Below are positions 39,200 through 52,648 of a stretch of 64,000 nucleotides of DNA, one piece after another. The first letter of the stretch is position 1. Each line of letters starts with the position of its first letter. A model generated the notes under the pieces. That model saw only the letters and a program-made list of their open reading frames with translations. It made no database searches and had not been told where the DNA came from. Made by a program: the position numbers and the translations under genes. Location of the stretch: positions 1-64,000 of the forward strand of contig MU053594.1 of assembly GCA_013239625.1 (NCBI GenBank). Direction: 5' to 3'. Origin of the DNA: Lama guanicoe. Its lineage: Eukaryota.

Positions 39200-39380
39200 G
39201 AAAGCTGATTCACATGCCTTATTTCAGTTGATAGTGTCCTGAGAGGTGACAGGGCAGGCATTACGGGACCCCACTTTACTGCTGAGGAAATAGAACCTCA
39301 GAGCGGTTTTGACTTACAGTCAGGTCACACAGTGAATGGCAGAGCTGGCCTCAGACCCAGGTCCTCTTGACTCTGAACAC
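39200..39380 (-). mobile_element. MIR SINE
   Basis: cccactttactgctgaggaaatagaacctcagag...aggtcacacagtgaatggcagagctgg. Confidence 0.65.
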
Positions 39381-41999
39381 CAGGTAGTCGCAGCCAGAAC
39401 TCATCCCCGTCCCTTAGGGGGCGCCCAGCACAGCAGCCACCACACTACAGCAAATCAGAGTAGAGCCTGGGTGCTTGGTTCCTTGCGCCCACAGGCTGCA
39501 CCCTGACAGAGCCCGTCTGGGCTTCAGAATGCTGTCATGCCCTGAGGCAAGGCCCAGCCCAGCCTCCTGGGACTTGAGGCACTCAGAGAAGCAGACGTGC
39601 CAGCCAGCCTGGTGATGGGCACCACTGCACCCTGGAATGGGGGAGCAGGCAGGACACCATCCCACAGGCGCCTGCAGCTTCCCTCCACTCACCAGACCTG
39701 CCAGGTGTGCCGGGTGGAGGGAGGTGGGCCCATGGCTAAGGTGGGACTTACGTCTGCCCTTGGCAAGGCTACTGAGAATGAAGGAAAGCTTCTCGTGCCC
39801 ACATTTCCAGTAAATTCTGGGCAGGCACGTGAATGAGGCAGAAAAAAGCTTGGGGATAGAGGCTTTGATTCAACACGGGATGTCCCTTCTCATTACAAGG
39901 AGTGGAAGGTGTGAGAACATACAACTGAAAGGAAATTGTCAAACCTGGATGGGTGGGGCCAGGAGCTGGGAGGACTCCTTGGTTGGAGGCCTGGCAGAGA
40001 AGAAACAACGGACCTGTTGGAATGAGAAGCCTTGGCTTCAAGCCCCACCTTTACCACCGACAGCTGTAGAGTCATGGTCTCAGTTTACCCATCTGTAAAA
40101 TGCAGCCAGTGCTCAGCACCTCACAGGGGCTGTGAAAGCAGAGGGAGGCTCCCAAGTGTCCTCAGACTAGCAGATCCTTCTGTGGGTGAGTAGGGGCTGG
40201 AGGGCCATGATTTTCTCACTGTTGTCCCACCCTGGGGACTCCGTGAGAGGGCAGACTTGGGGACTTGGTGCCATGCATTGTCTCTGCACCGGCCTCCCTG
40301 GGGAGAGGCAGAGGAAGGAGGTGCAGCCAGCCGGATACAGTCCTGAGCTGTGTAAAGCAGCAGCTTTGCTATTAATGTAGTCGGTAAATAAATAAAGGAG
40401 GGCTGAAGCTTAGTGTACAGCAATCAGTTTAGAACTACAGGGTAATTAGCGCTGCAGGGGGCTGCAGGGCTGCGGAGTCAGGTTTAAATGAGTGAGTTCA
40501 CTTTCACTGAGGCGCTCCCCCGGGGAGCAGAAAACACAGCCCAGAGAGGAGCCCGCCCTCCTGCCAAGCCACGAGGGGCAGGGGCTGGGGGTAGGGATGG
40601 CCAGGCTGGGCCCGGAGCCACAGAGAGCTGGTGGATGGCCGCCCCATCACAGCCCAGCCCAGGACCAGGTCCATGCATGCAGACACACACGCACATGGGC
40701 GCACACACACACAAACACACAGCAATGCCCAGGCAGCTCCCTGCCTGAACTGTGTACTCTTCTGGGCTGGCTGCTTCTCCCTTTGCACATGGCAAACAGT
40801 TCAGGCATCTCTAGGAACCGCCATGGGCACATGTAAGGGGAAACAGGGACGCCTCCCCTGAGGCCCCTACGCTGCCGGTGACATGCACGCTCACGGAGGT
40901 GCCTGGGCGGCGTGTGATGTGCACCCAAGTTACCCGGTTCCCCCGTCCCTGGCAACTCCGACCTCAACCCCTGATGCTATCTTCCTCCCCTTCCTTCTTT
41001 CTCTGTTTATTCAACAAAGATTTATTGGGTGCCTACTGGGTGCCAGGCAGCGTTAGGCTCTGGGAGTATGGAGATAACCCACAATTCCTGTTCCCGAGGA
41101 ACTTAACCTTGGGTTCATGGTGACAGTTAAGAAAGCGGGTGATTACAGTGCACGACGGCAACAGGACCAGAGGGGCGCTCAGTGCAGCCTCAGTGGCCAG
41201 GGAAGCTTTCTTGGAGGAGGTAGGGTTTGAGCTGAGACCTGAAAAATGAGAAGCTGGCACAGAAGGGAGGTGAGTGCGTGCGGCGCCCGTGCAGCTCCCA
41301 GAGGAGGAAACCGCGCCCGCAAAGGCCCTCGGAGGGGCGGAGCCCAGGGTCTTCCTGAAACCATCTGCGGTCTGGGCCGCGCGGTGGTGGGTGGCCAGGG
41401 AACACGGGGTGATCCTGAGATGAGACTGGGGTGGCTGGCAGGGGCTCTGTCGCAGAAGGTCTTATAAGCCTTGTTAAAGAGTTTGAATTCCATCTGAAGG
41501 GTAATGAGGGCCTTCTATCAAAGGAGTGGCATGATTCAGTCAAATGAGTGCCATGCCGCTCTTTTCATTTTGGGGAAACCCCTCTGGCTGCCTGCAAAAG
41601 GAAGCAGAGGGTGGAACAGAGGGAGGCAGAGCAGCTGGGGGTCAGTACTCCTGGGGACTCCCCTTCCCGGTAGGGGGGAAGGGGCTCAGAGCAGCCAGCA
41701 CGGGAGGACTGCCACACTGAGCCGTGGCCTTGGACTTAGCTGGACATCTCCGTCTCCTCACCTGCCGCAACTTGCTTGAGTCTTTAGCAAGTTTCTGCTG
41801 GTTCCACGCCACCTTTGGATGGGTAGGGGGGCCTCAGGCAGCTGGAAGGAGAGCTGTTAATGCTGATACATGTGACCCCAGTGCCCACCAGAACCCCATT
41901 AGCCCTGGCCAGGAAGGGACGCTGTGCCTGTATGTGGGGAGGGGTGGGTCCCCACCTAATGTCCTTGGAGACTCCTTCAGGAGGAATGTAGCCACTCCC

Positions 42000-42380
42000 C
42001 CGGCTGCCCGGCCCCGCCTCTGACCCCAGCAGAGTGCCCTCTTGGCAAGTCTAGTCCTGGAGGTGGTTGCCCGGCGTGGCGGGCTGGGGCAGAGGGCAGC
42101 TGCGCCTGGGCCGGCAGGGGCGGGCAGGGGGCGGGCGGCCGGCCCCCTGCCCCGGGGAGGGAGGCTGGGGGATTGAGTCAGGCCACGGAGCGTTCTCAGG
42201 CTGGCCCGGCCAGGGCCCCTTTCTCTCCATGAGATCATATCTGGGTCAAAGAGCATGTAAAGCAGGCAGACCCCAGCGGCCGCACAAAGCCCATTCAGCC
42301 CAGCCCCTATTCACTCACCTCCTCTCCCCCAGAGCCCGAGCACCGCGACCCCGGAGCAGCGCCTAAGCCCCAGCTTTGAT
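42000..42380. promoter_or_regulatory. GC/CpG-rich element with GC boxes and an AP-1 site; candidate promoter or enhancer
   Basis: Tandem GGGGCGGG boxes at ~42117-42140, TGAGTCA at 42174-42180, elevated CpG, and a consensus minus-strand donor GAG|GTGAGT at 42319. Confidence 0.45.
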
Positions 42381-42491
42381 GTCCAAGAACAGAAAACGGC
42401 GATTAAATGTTGTTTTAAAGAGGGAGTGCTCACTGCCCTCCCATCTGTCAAGAGAAAGCTGAGGCCTGGGGTGGGGAGGGATGTGGGGGAG

Positions 42492-42586
42492 NNNNNNNNN
42501 NNNNNNNNNNNNNNNNNNNNNNNNNNNNNNNNNNNNNNNNNNNNNNNNNNNNNNNNNNNNNNNNNNNNNNNNNNNNNNNNNNNNNN
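42492..42586. other. Assembly gap (95 N)
   Basis: Run of N flanked by G-tracts. Confidence 0.99.
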
Positions 42587-44118
42587 GGGAGGCCAGCGGG
42601 GTGGGGGTGGGGTGGGGGGAGAGCCCTGGGGAATGAGCAGGGACCCAGAGAAGAAAAGGGTGGATGGATGGCTTGGAGGAATGGGGCGGAGGCCCAAAAT
42701 CAAACCAAATATATTTCGGGCAAAGGCTTGTTTTCCAAGATGAGACATATGGGGAGAGGAAAAGAATGTGGGGCAGACACAAAGGCCAAAAGAAACCCCA
42801 AGAGAAATGAGAGAGAGAGAAGGGGAGAGGAGTGGAGAAATGGGAGAAAGACTGGGTGGGAGGAAAAGAGAGATGAGGTGAAGGAAAAATGACAGAGCAG
42901 AGAGGGCAGGAGAGAAGAAAGTGCAGAGGGACAGAGAAGCTGCCCCACAGAGGGACCGCGTCTCCCCTTCCTGGGAAGGTCATCTGTCCAAGGAGGTATG
43001 TGTAGCTCCAGGCAGTTTGCAACTCGCCACCTGAGGGTCACGCAGACGCCAGCCCAGGTCCCCAGAGCACAGGAGCTGGAAGGCCCCTCTTCCAAGTCAG
43101 CACCCAGGGCGGGCAGGGAGTCGGGCCTCCCTGCAGGCTGGTGCTGGGAGTTTACCAGCCACCGGGGTGGTTCCCAGGGACCCCTGGATGATGCTGGAGG
43201 CCAGGCCGGCCAGGGGGCCCTGGCGGTGGTTTTCACACCCCGGAGGGACGGCTGCAGCTCGCACTGCTGTTTTCCTAGACTTTGGTGAGGAGACGATGAT
43301 TTTGATTATTCTGGTCAGAGCCGGGCAGGCAGGACGGCCTCGGGCAGAGGTGCTGAGCCAGGGCGTCTAGGACTGGGTGCAACTGGCTTGACTGAGATTT
43401 ACCAGCAGGACAGCGCTCCCCTCCCCAGCGAGAGGGAGACAGACAGACCTAGAGAAGCAGCCTCTGGGCCTGAGACAGGGCAGGGGCCGAGCAGCTGCGT
43501 TCTGCGGACATGCTTTATCCTGCGAGTGGGACCTTTCACTGGGTGGCAGCTCCTTGTTGAGAAATAGCTGGAGCTCGCTTAGCTGCGAGGAAGGAGGAGG
43601 AAATGTCTCTATAATGAAAAGCAGACTGGAGAGCCCTGCCTCCGGAGTCGGGCAAGAACGGACCTGATTTGGCGCTGGATGCTGTGCAATCCGGAGCGAG
43701 TTAATAAGCAGACACTTTCCAACTCAGTGGCTTAGAAGGTCGGCTCCTGACAGGCAGGGGTTTGTCTGCTCTGCTCTCACCGTGTTCCCAAGGCTTACCG
43801 CGCCAGTTACTGGCTGATGCTCACGCTGAAGGGGTAAGTGGACAAGTGCCTGTTTCATAAACACCGGATCAAACGCTATTGGTGTATTTAACGCTATTTT
43901 TAAACTGAAACGTATTAGCTAAATATGTCATGAAGTGGCTCTATGCCTCACACATATGGCCCAAAAAACATGTCACATCAATGAGGCTGAGGCGCAAGGC
44001 ATTCGCTTCCCCAACCCCAGACAGAAATCTCAGTCCCTCCCCCCCCAGGAAAAGGCAGGGAGGACCACGCACTTTTGAAAAAGGGGGAACACTTCAAGCC
44101 AGAGACAACTGAATTAAC

Positions 44119-44124
44119 TTTATT
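44119..44124 (-). terminator. Probable distal polyadenylation signal of ZBTB16
   Basis: TTTATT on + equals AATAAA on -, followed on the minus strand by GTTGTCTCT...GTGTTCCCCCTTTT and preceded by several TGTA motifs. Confidence 0.7.
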
Positions 44125-46541
44125 TTCTTCTAACTGCAGATTCAAGGTATACAACTGAACATTGCTATTTTTCTTATGAGACTTATAAATAAAAATACAA
44201 AAAATGTTCACTACAAAAAAATCTACTGTTAGTAGGATGTAAAAAATATTCTCTTTGCTATAGAAGGCACAAACTTCACTTAGTGACACATGGAGAGAGA
44301 AAAAAACCTGCAGCAGTAAATTCATTTTTTCCTTTTTTTTTTCTTTTTAAATCTTGTCAGAAACACTGAAATTACAAAGAAACGCATCAATCTACACGAA
44401 ACGAAGGCAGATGCGGAAAGCTGCAACCAGGACCGTACAAGTTGGGGTGAGCTGCTTCGGGGCTAGACAGACAGGGCTGGCAAGCACAGGGCGGGGTCGC
44501 AGGGCTGAGTGGGGACCAGAGGAAGGAGAGAGTAAGAGAGAAAATGGTACAAACAGAAGTGAGAGGGGAGAGAGGGGAAGAAGGATGGAGGGAGGGAAAA
44601 AGAAGGGGAGGGAGAGGGAGAGATCAAAAGAGAGAGAAAGAGAGAAAGAGAGAGAGATTGATTTGTACAAAAAGTAACCGGTAAAATTGAAGAAACAAAA
44701 TTGGGCAACCTCCTAAAATTAGGCTAAGAGGAGGTGCTGAGGTAGACATGAACTAGAACATCAATTAATTAAAAACACTATTCTGTAATACAGAGCAATC
44801 GGACTGGCACTTGTGCTGTCACGACGTAAGACAAGCCACAAAAACAAACAAATAACAAAACGAAACAAAATACCCAAACCAAAAGGCTTAGTTTTGCTTG
44901 GTCCAGCAGGGCAGCAAAGCCCTCAGTGCTATAATTTACATACATATATATATATATTTATCTTTATATATATGGGTTGGATGTCATGGTGCACCACCAC
45001 GGCGTCTTAACCTTACAAGGATCATGCATAACACTATGTGAACAACTCCTATGACACACGCCAGGAGGCTGGTACCCTGTCTGCTAAGTGGACCGCCAAG
45101 GTTTCAGGGAGGCGGGGGCTGCTGGCTGCCAGGTCTGCAGGGGGCCTGAACCCCGTCTCCCCAGCCCTTTCCCCCTGACCCAACTCCCCTGGTCTGTCTT
45201 GCGCTCCTTCTGGTGGGCTCTGCCTTTTTCCTCCACCCATCAGTCCCACCGTGCAGGCTTAGTCTGATTTTCCCCTCTGTCCCGAAATATGCAGGTAAAT
45301 GCCGCCACGAAGCTCCAGGAAGGAGGAAACAAGGTGGGAGGCGGAAAAAGATTTAACATAAGCCCAGGAAAAATGAACAAACTAAGTCTGACCTTTTTCC
45401 CCTTTTCTGTCTCACATCCCATGCCCCCGGCTTTCACCCTTGTTGGGTCTGCAGGGAGCTGGCCACACATCTCCCCACCATCCTCATGGGCAGAGTCGGA
45501 AGCCCCCCACCCCAGCGCTGTTCACGCCCCTGTAAGGAGGGGAGGCAGCCAGCCCTCTCCCTCCAAGGCCTTGACTCCCCAGCAGCCAACTGTACCACTA
45601 GCATCCAGAGGGTACCATATACTTGTGAAAAAATCGCAGCAGTTTTTTTTTTCTCTTTTTCTTTTTCTAAACATGGAAAAACTGTTCAGGCACAAAGAGA
45701 AAACAAGCCCGAATGGCCTCCTCCAAAGCAGCCCAAAGCAGCAATGATATTTGCTATTTTATATCTCTCTCTCTTGCTATATATATATCTCTCTATATAT
45801 TTGTCTATCCTATATACACATAGGATTTTAATGCTTTGAATGAGTGAAGGAGTGAACAGGGGAAGAGCACATGAGTGAGGAGGAAATGTCACCAAAAGCA
45901 TTAAGGGACACGCTTATTACAGGAGCCGAACGTAGGAAAGGGACAATTCATCAACTTGGACTTTCCAGGCTGGAGAAGCTCTCTGTGCTGGAGAAGGCGG
46001 GAGCAAGCAGGGTTGTCAGCAGTACCATGGCCCAGGGCGGCACGGTAGCCAAGGGGCCAGGTGGCAGCAAGGAGAGGGAAGTGACAACACTCCGGTCTCA
46101 CCTAGGGAGAGAACGGCCTCTGCCTGCCTTGTCTCCCCAGCCTTCTTTGTCCACACATCTAAAGCCTCCAGATCATTTCTGACCTTCATCTTGGCCATTA
46201 GGCCTGGCCACGAAGGCCTTGGGGAGGTCAGAATTCTTTTGTCTTTGTGAGTAGGAAGCTGGGAAAGAGGCATGTTGGAGTCTCTTCAGGGTGTCTGCGG
46301 TTTCACGGGAGAGGAGGGAAGAGCCAAGTTCAGAGGTCTCCCCAGCCAGCATCCTCCAGAAACCCCAGGCCCTGGTCCTCTCTCCCCACCTCCCGACCAG
46401 CATCCTTGTGGGATGGTGGGGGCAGGCAGGGGCTGACTGAGTACCATCCAACGCTGCAACACCAGATTACAATACGGCATGATGTAACACACAACCGCAC
46501 ACAAGCACACGCACACACAGGCACACACAAAGGGGTATTTT

Positions 46542-46566
46542 GGTGGTGGTGGTGGTGGTGGTGGTG
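46542..46566. repeat. (GGT)n trinucleotide repeat in the ZBTB16 3'UTR
   Basis: tggtggtggtggtggtggtggtggtg. Confidence 0.9.
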
Positions 46567-49406
46567 AATTTCTTTTCTTTTTTTTTTTTGTCTTTTTTTT
46601 GTCTCCTATTCACATTCCAAAAGGAAGGGGCAAGGTCTGGTAGAAGTGATGAAGGACCTAACAAATATTACAAAAATATTACAATTTGTCAATATGAGCT
46701 CAACCCTCTCAGCTTTTATAAACAGGGGAGGAGACCCTGGCTGGGTGGGAGGGCGGGGGGGGGTGCAGTGGGAGGGGCCAGCTTGAGAATAGTTGAATTT
46801 TTTTTTTCCTTCCCCCCAAAGTTGAAAGACATCCTTCTGTTCAAATACTGTTTTCTGGGATTTACAGATCCCCTGAGGGCCAGCCAGTCCCCGCTTCTTC
46901 CCAGATCGGGGGAGGCAGCAATAGTGCATAAAGATTTCTTAAGACTGCCCTGTCCTCAGTGATTTCGCTCTTTTCACATTATAAACACGACCACTGCTCT
47001 AGTCACGGATTTCAAGTTTAACTTTTTGTTTTCCTTTCCAAAGCACTAAGTCATTATTCTAGTTGCAAAATAGTATCCCCTCTATGTTGTCCCCAGTCAA
47101 CAGTCTAGCGACATAGTCCCCCCAATCCATTTCCCCCAACACACCGTTTTTAAGGCCTTCAGATTTGGTGGGCGAGATTGCAGGGGAGGGCAGGAGGGAT
47201 GGGGCCGAGGGACGGGGGTGGTCACAGCAGCACCCATCCCTCCGACTTCCCTGTATTCCTCACAGCCCTTCTCCCCAAAAACCGCTTCCCAAAACCACTT
47301 TTTAAAACCTAAGATAAAAACGCAACCACAACTTTCTCAGAGAGAGAAAGGGAAGAAAAAAAAAAAAACAAAAACAAAACAACTCAACAAATAAAGCATG
47401 AGATGAAACGGAAGACCCGTCCCAAAGCGAACACAAATATTGCAAATGTGCTTTCCAAAAATTGAGGGAGGGGAGGTGGAGGAGGAGAGGGGAAGCAGAG
47501 CAGCAGGACGGGAGGCAGGAAGGGGACAAAAGAACAACTGGACAAACAGAAGAGGTAGCTTTTAGAAAAACAACACCCCTGCCCCATCGCAACAACACAC
47601 AGGCCGGCTCGTCCCCAACCAGCCCTGAAAAGAGACCAGTTTTGGCAGTGATAATGCACACAGAGGTGGGGGCCCTGCAGTTGCAGGGATCTGAATAACA
47701 CTGGCTGCCCCCCAAGACCTAGATGACCCAGCAGATTGTAAGAAAGGTAGGGTCTTCTCCAGAGGACACGGTGACCGATGACGCCATGCCCTGGGCGGAG
47801 CCAGCAGTGACCTGGCCCTGCCCCCAGCACCCCATCCCCGCCACCCACCTCCTGCCCCGGCCTCACACTCACATCCTGAGTACTCAGCTCCTTCTGCGCT
47901 GCTCCTCCCAGCTGGGGGATGGGGAGGGCCTCGGCCAGCTGAAGTCTATTAAACCAGCTATTAATTTACACAAGAAACAGAAAAGGACACTCTCCCCATT
48001 CCTCCAACCCCCAACCAAAAAAAAAGAGATACAGGGGTCAAAAAAGCTCATGAGGTCACAAAAAACTGAGGTAATTCAAGTACAATGTGCTAACAGGTGA
48101 ACAGGGAACACAGAAAAGAAGCAAAACATAACACAAGGCAAAGCGCTTTCAACTCCTCTTCCTCCCCTCCTCCCTCTTCCCTCCCATCTTCCTCCCTGTG
48201 GACTGGGGGGCCCTTGAGCCAGAAATTCTCTGCCACCCTCTGGACCTGGGTTTCCCCACAGAGCTCACCAGGTCTGGGGTCCCCTGTGTTCAAAGGGTCC
48301 CCAGCATGACTCACCAACTCCCTTCCGGGGCAGGGGTCCCCCTCCTGGTGTAGGGCACCTCTGGAGGACATCCTCGTCCCTCCACGGGCAAGAAGCCCTT
48401 TAATGGACTCCCCCTCCTAGGGGCTGAAGGAGGGCTGCAGGGGTTTGTGGGTGTGTGTTTGGTGGGACAGTATGTATTTAGCTGTTGCATTTTTCCATTT
48501 TGGAAGCAAAGGCAGCTCAGCAGGAATCTCGCTCAGGACAGGGCTGGGCTGGGCTGGGCTGGGCTGTTCTATTTACGTCATTTGCATTCTCAGAAAGCTG
48601 AGGGTGCAGGTAGGGTCTCTGGAGTCAGACACGGCTTTCCCACTAGGGTGCGGGAGGAGGGGGGAGACAGCCCCATCCACGAGGGGCTGGGAGGTCAAAG
48701 TCAAGGGGAACCCTGGGGAGCCAGGAGCTGGAGGAGGGGGCGAGAGCACTGAGGCTCCTGAAGACCAGGAGGGGACACTCAGGTGTGGCCGAGCAGAGGA
48801 AAGCAACAGATGAACTGAGCAGGGGGAAGGGCGGGAGCGCCCCTCCCCACCCCATCCTGCCCCCAGCAAACTAGAGCTGCCGCTGTGACCCAGCCCGGCC
48901 CCACCGACTGCAGGCCCCCTTTCTGCATCGCCCCCACCCGTCCCGGTCCCTCAGCCCCCATCTTCCACGGAGTCGTGGAGAGGACGGCAGGCGGAGATGG
49001 TTTGGCTCTGACCAGAGGACCCCTCGTCCTCTTCCTAGTCTTCATTTCTGGACACAAAAGGAGGATCTGGGTGGAGGAAAGAGAAAAATGTCCCCCTAAT
49101 CTGAGCTGAACAAAGCCACCTCCATCACCACCCAAGAAGAGCAGGCCAACCTCCAGCCAGGAAAGGAGGAACAGAGGCCGGTGGGGAAGGGGCTGGGCCA
49201 GGCATCGGGGTCACCTGGAGCCTCAGAGAGAATCCAGGGCCAGACAGCTCCCAGGTGTCCTATTCCTTCTCCCTCTTTTTTTTTTCTTTCTTTTTTTGTT
49301 TGTTTGTTTTTAGTTTTGTGTTGTGTTGTTTGCACAGTCCTCCTGGACCTCATCCTCCTCTAGCTCTCCTCGCTCCCCGCTCCCCCGCCGCAGCTGCGGG
49401 CCGGCC

Positions 49407-49636
49407 TCACACGTAGCACAGGTAGAGGTAAGTCTTCTCTATCCTCCAGTCGGGCGGGATCTCCTCGGGCTTGTGGCCCTTCATGTGCTTCTGCATGGAG
49501 GACAGGCTGGGGCAGTACTCCGTGCAGATGGTGCACTGGTAGGGCGAGGCGCCGTTGTGCGTTCGCAGGTGCTTGATCATGGCCGAGTAGTCCCGGGAGC
49601 GCTGGTGGCACAGCTTACACTCAAAGGGCTTCTCAC
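49407..49636 (-). CDS. ZBTB16: ZBTB16 terminal coding exon, zinc fingers 8-9 and C-terminus
   Basis: [75 protein letters not shown]; 230 nt including TGA; acceptor ccccctacAG|. Confidence 0.97.
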
Positions 49637-49853
49637 CTGTAGGGGGAGGGCAGGAGAAGGCCAGGACAGAGCAGGCAGCTGTGAGGGGGGGACCACCACA
49701 GGGATGCTTTGCACCCTCCTCCCACCCCCGGGCTTCTGGTCCCTTGAGATCGGCACTTCCCATGGTGATGGACCATCTAGTATGGCAGCCAGGGGTCACA
49801 CTGGACTCTGAAGGCCTGAAATGCAGCCGGTGGGATGGGGAACTACGTCCCCC

Positions 49854-50305
49854 GAAGTATAGTCGATTTACAATGTTGTATTAGTCTCTAGTGTACAGGA
49901 GAGTGATTCAGTTATACACATATATATTCTTTTTCATATCCTTTTTCATTATACGTTACTGTAAGATACTGAATGTAGTTCCCTGTATTCTACAGTATGA
50001 CCCTGGTGTTTACCTATTTTATACGTAGTAGTTAGCGTCTGCTAATGCCAGCCTCCTAATTTATCCCTCCCCCTGCCTTCCCCTCCTGGTAACCACAAAT
50101 TTGTTTTCTACGTCTGTGAGTCTCTTTCTGTTTTGTAAATAAGTTCATTTGTGTCATTTTTTTAAGATTCCACATATAAGTGATACCATATGGTATTTGT
50201 CTTTTTATTTCTGGCTTACTTTACGTAGTATGATAATCTCTAGGTCCATCCATATTGCTGCAAATGGCATTATTTCATTCTTTTCATGGCTGAGTAGTAT
50301 TCCAT

Positions 50306-50339
<34 letters not shown>

Positions 50340-50600
50340 CACACACATACACATACCACAACTTTTTTAACCACTCATCTGTCGATGGACATTTAGGTTG
50401 CTTCCACATCTTGGCTATTGTAAACAGTGCTGCTATGAACACTGGGGTGCAATCTTTTTGAATTAAGACTTTCCTCCAGATATATGTCCAGGAGTAGGAC
50501 TGCTAGATCATATAGTAAGTCTATTTTTCATTTTTTGAGGAACCTCCATACTGTTTTCCATAGTGGCTGCACCAAATTACATTCCCCCCAGCAATGTATG
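49854..50600 (-). mobile_element. L1 3' end in the last intron of ZBTB16
   Basis: gaagtatagtcgatttacaatgttgtattagt...gctgcaaatggcattatttcattc...ttgaggaacctccatactgttttccatagtggctgcaccaa; internal (TA)n at ~50306-50340. Confidence 0.88.
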
Positions 50601-52021
50601 AGGGGGGAACTACATTTCTAACCTTGTGCACTGTAACTAACATAAACAGCCACACAAAGGTAGGGGCCACGGTGTTGTTCAGCACAGCTCCAGTCCCTGG
50701 CCTTACTGTTAACTCTCTCAAGGGCACAGATTCTCCCCTTCCTCCAAAAGGAAACGAGGTCTAGAAAAGGGGTAGTGAGGCCTCTGAAGTCCTTAGGGAT
50801 GGCTGTTCAGCACACAGTTCCTTCTAGCAGGGCAAGGAGATGGAGTCCTTTCAGGGCTACAGATGGTAGGGAGCAGGGGTGGGGTGAAACATCCTGCAAA
50901 CTTGCTCCATCTGGGGATGGCTATTCCTCCAAGGCTGTGGTCCCCGCCTTCCCCTTTGGATCTGGAATGGGGGTGGGATAGAGAACTGGGGAGTGCATGG
51001 CCACACCCTAGCTGTGACCAGCCCACCTGCCCCGCTGTTACAAGTCCCCTGGAGCTGAGCAGAGGATGTGAGGGAAACTTGTTTCAATACAGTAATTAAC
51101 TGGCCAGCCATCTCGCTATCGATACACCTCCGTGCAGAGGCCTCTGCAAATAATGAAGTAATGAACAGCCAAAGTGATCTAACTATTGACCGGCTATTTA
51201 CAATAGTCAGTGCCAACACATTTAATGATCCGCCCGCCAGGTCACATCTCTGATGAGGGGGCTAAGGAAGCCCCAGGGTTCTGGGAAATCCTGGGGGGGT
51301 CACTGTAGTTGTCAGCACTGAGCACCCCATCCTCTCCTTGTGGCCCAGCTGGAAGCAAGAAAGCAGAGCCACGATGACACGTCTCCCCTGCTTACTGCTC
51401 CCTCTGTCCCCCTCCCCTCCCAGGGAAACACATGCTCCCCTGGGCCAGCAGGACCTGCCTGATCACCTCTCCCTCTTCCTCTGGTCAGGCAGCTGTTTCC
51501 CCTAATCAGGGGACGCTTCCTGGTTTGCCACGTTCCACTAGCTTCCACTACCTCTTATCCTCAGGGGAAGTCCCTCTGAGTATACACCCCCGAGCCAGCA
51601 GTGTCTGGTGGCGAGAGTTAACAACTGACTCTCCAAAAAGCCCTGATTTTGAAGCATTTGCCAGTGGCCATGTTGCGCGTACCACCCACCCTGGTCAATT
51701 TTAAGCAACCAAGGTGATGACACTGAACACAGAGCTGGAGAGCGATGTGCACAAAGGCTCTCGCAGGCAGGCTGGAGCCGGCTCCAGCATCCCACTGCCC
51801 CCAGCTCTGGCAATTCTGGACTCTGGGACCACTTCCACCTGTTCTGTCCTCAGGCTCCAGGGAAACAGCTGCTGAGTTCTTTTATGTAAAAAGGAATTTG
51901 AAGGCCCTTTGAAATGGGAAATCATTATACTCATAGAGGAGTAAACATCTGCTTTTCTAAGCTTTGAACCAAACTCAGTCTAATTTACAGTTTTTCCCAA
52001 CCCTCATCATAACCTAAGTCA

Positions 52022-52648
<627 letters not shown>

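Larger units (their letters stand above)
44100..49406 (-). other. ZBTB16: ZBTB16 long 3'UTR (~5.3 kb)
   Basis: Continuous stretch after the stop codon with no recognisable interspersed repeats and many U-rich tracts on the minus strand, ending at an AATAAA flanked by upstream UGUA and downstream GU/U-rich sequence. Confidence 0.7.

Noticed and set aside
41165..41180. CTCF-like GACCAGAGGGGCGC
   Set aside because: Core spacing is off by one base and the site lies in L2-like sequence.
42363..43022. 219-aa ORF spanning the N gap
   Set aside because: Artificially extended by Ns and a pyrimidine-rich low-complexity tract.
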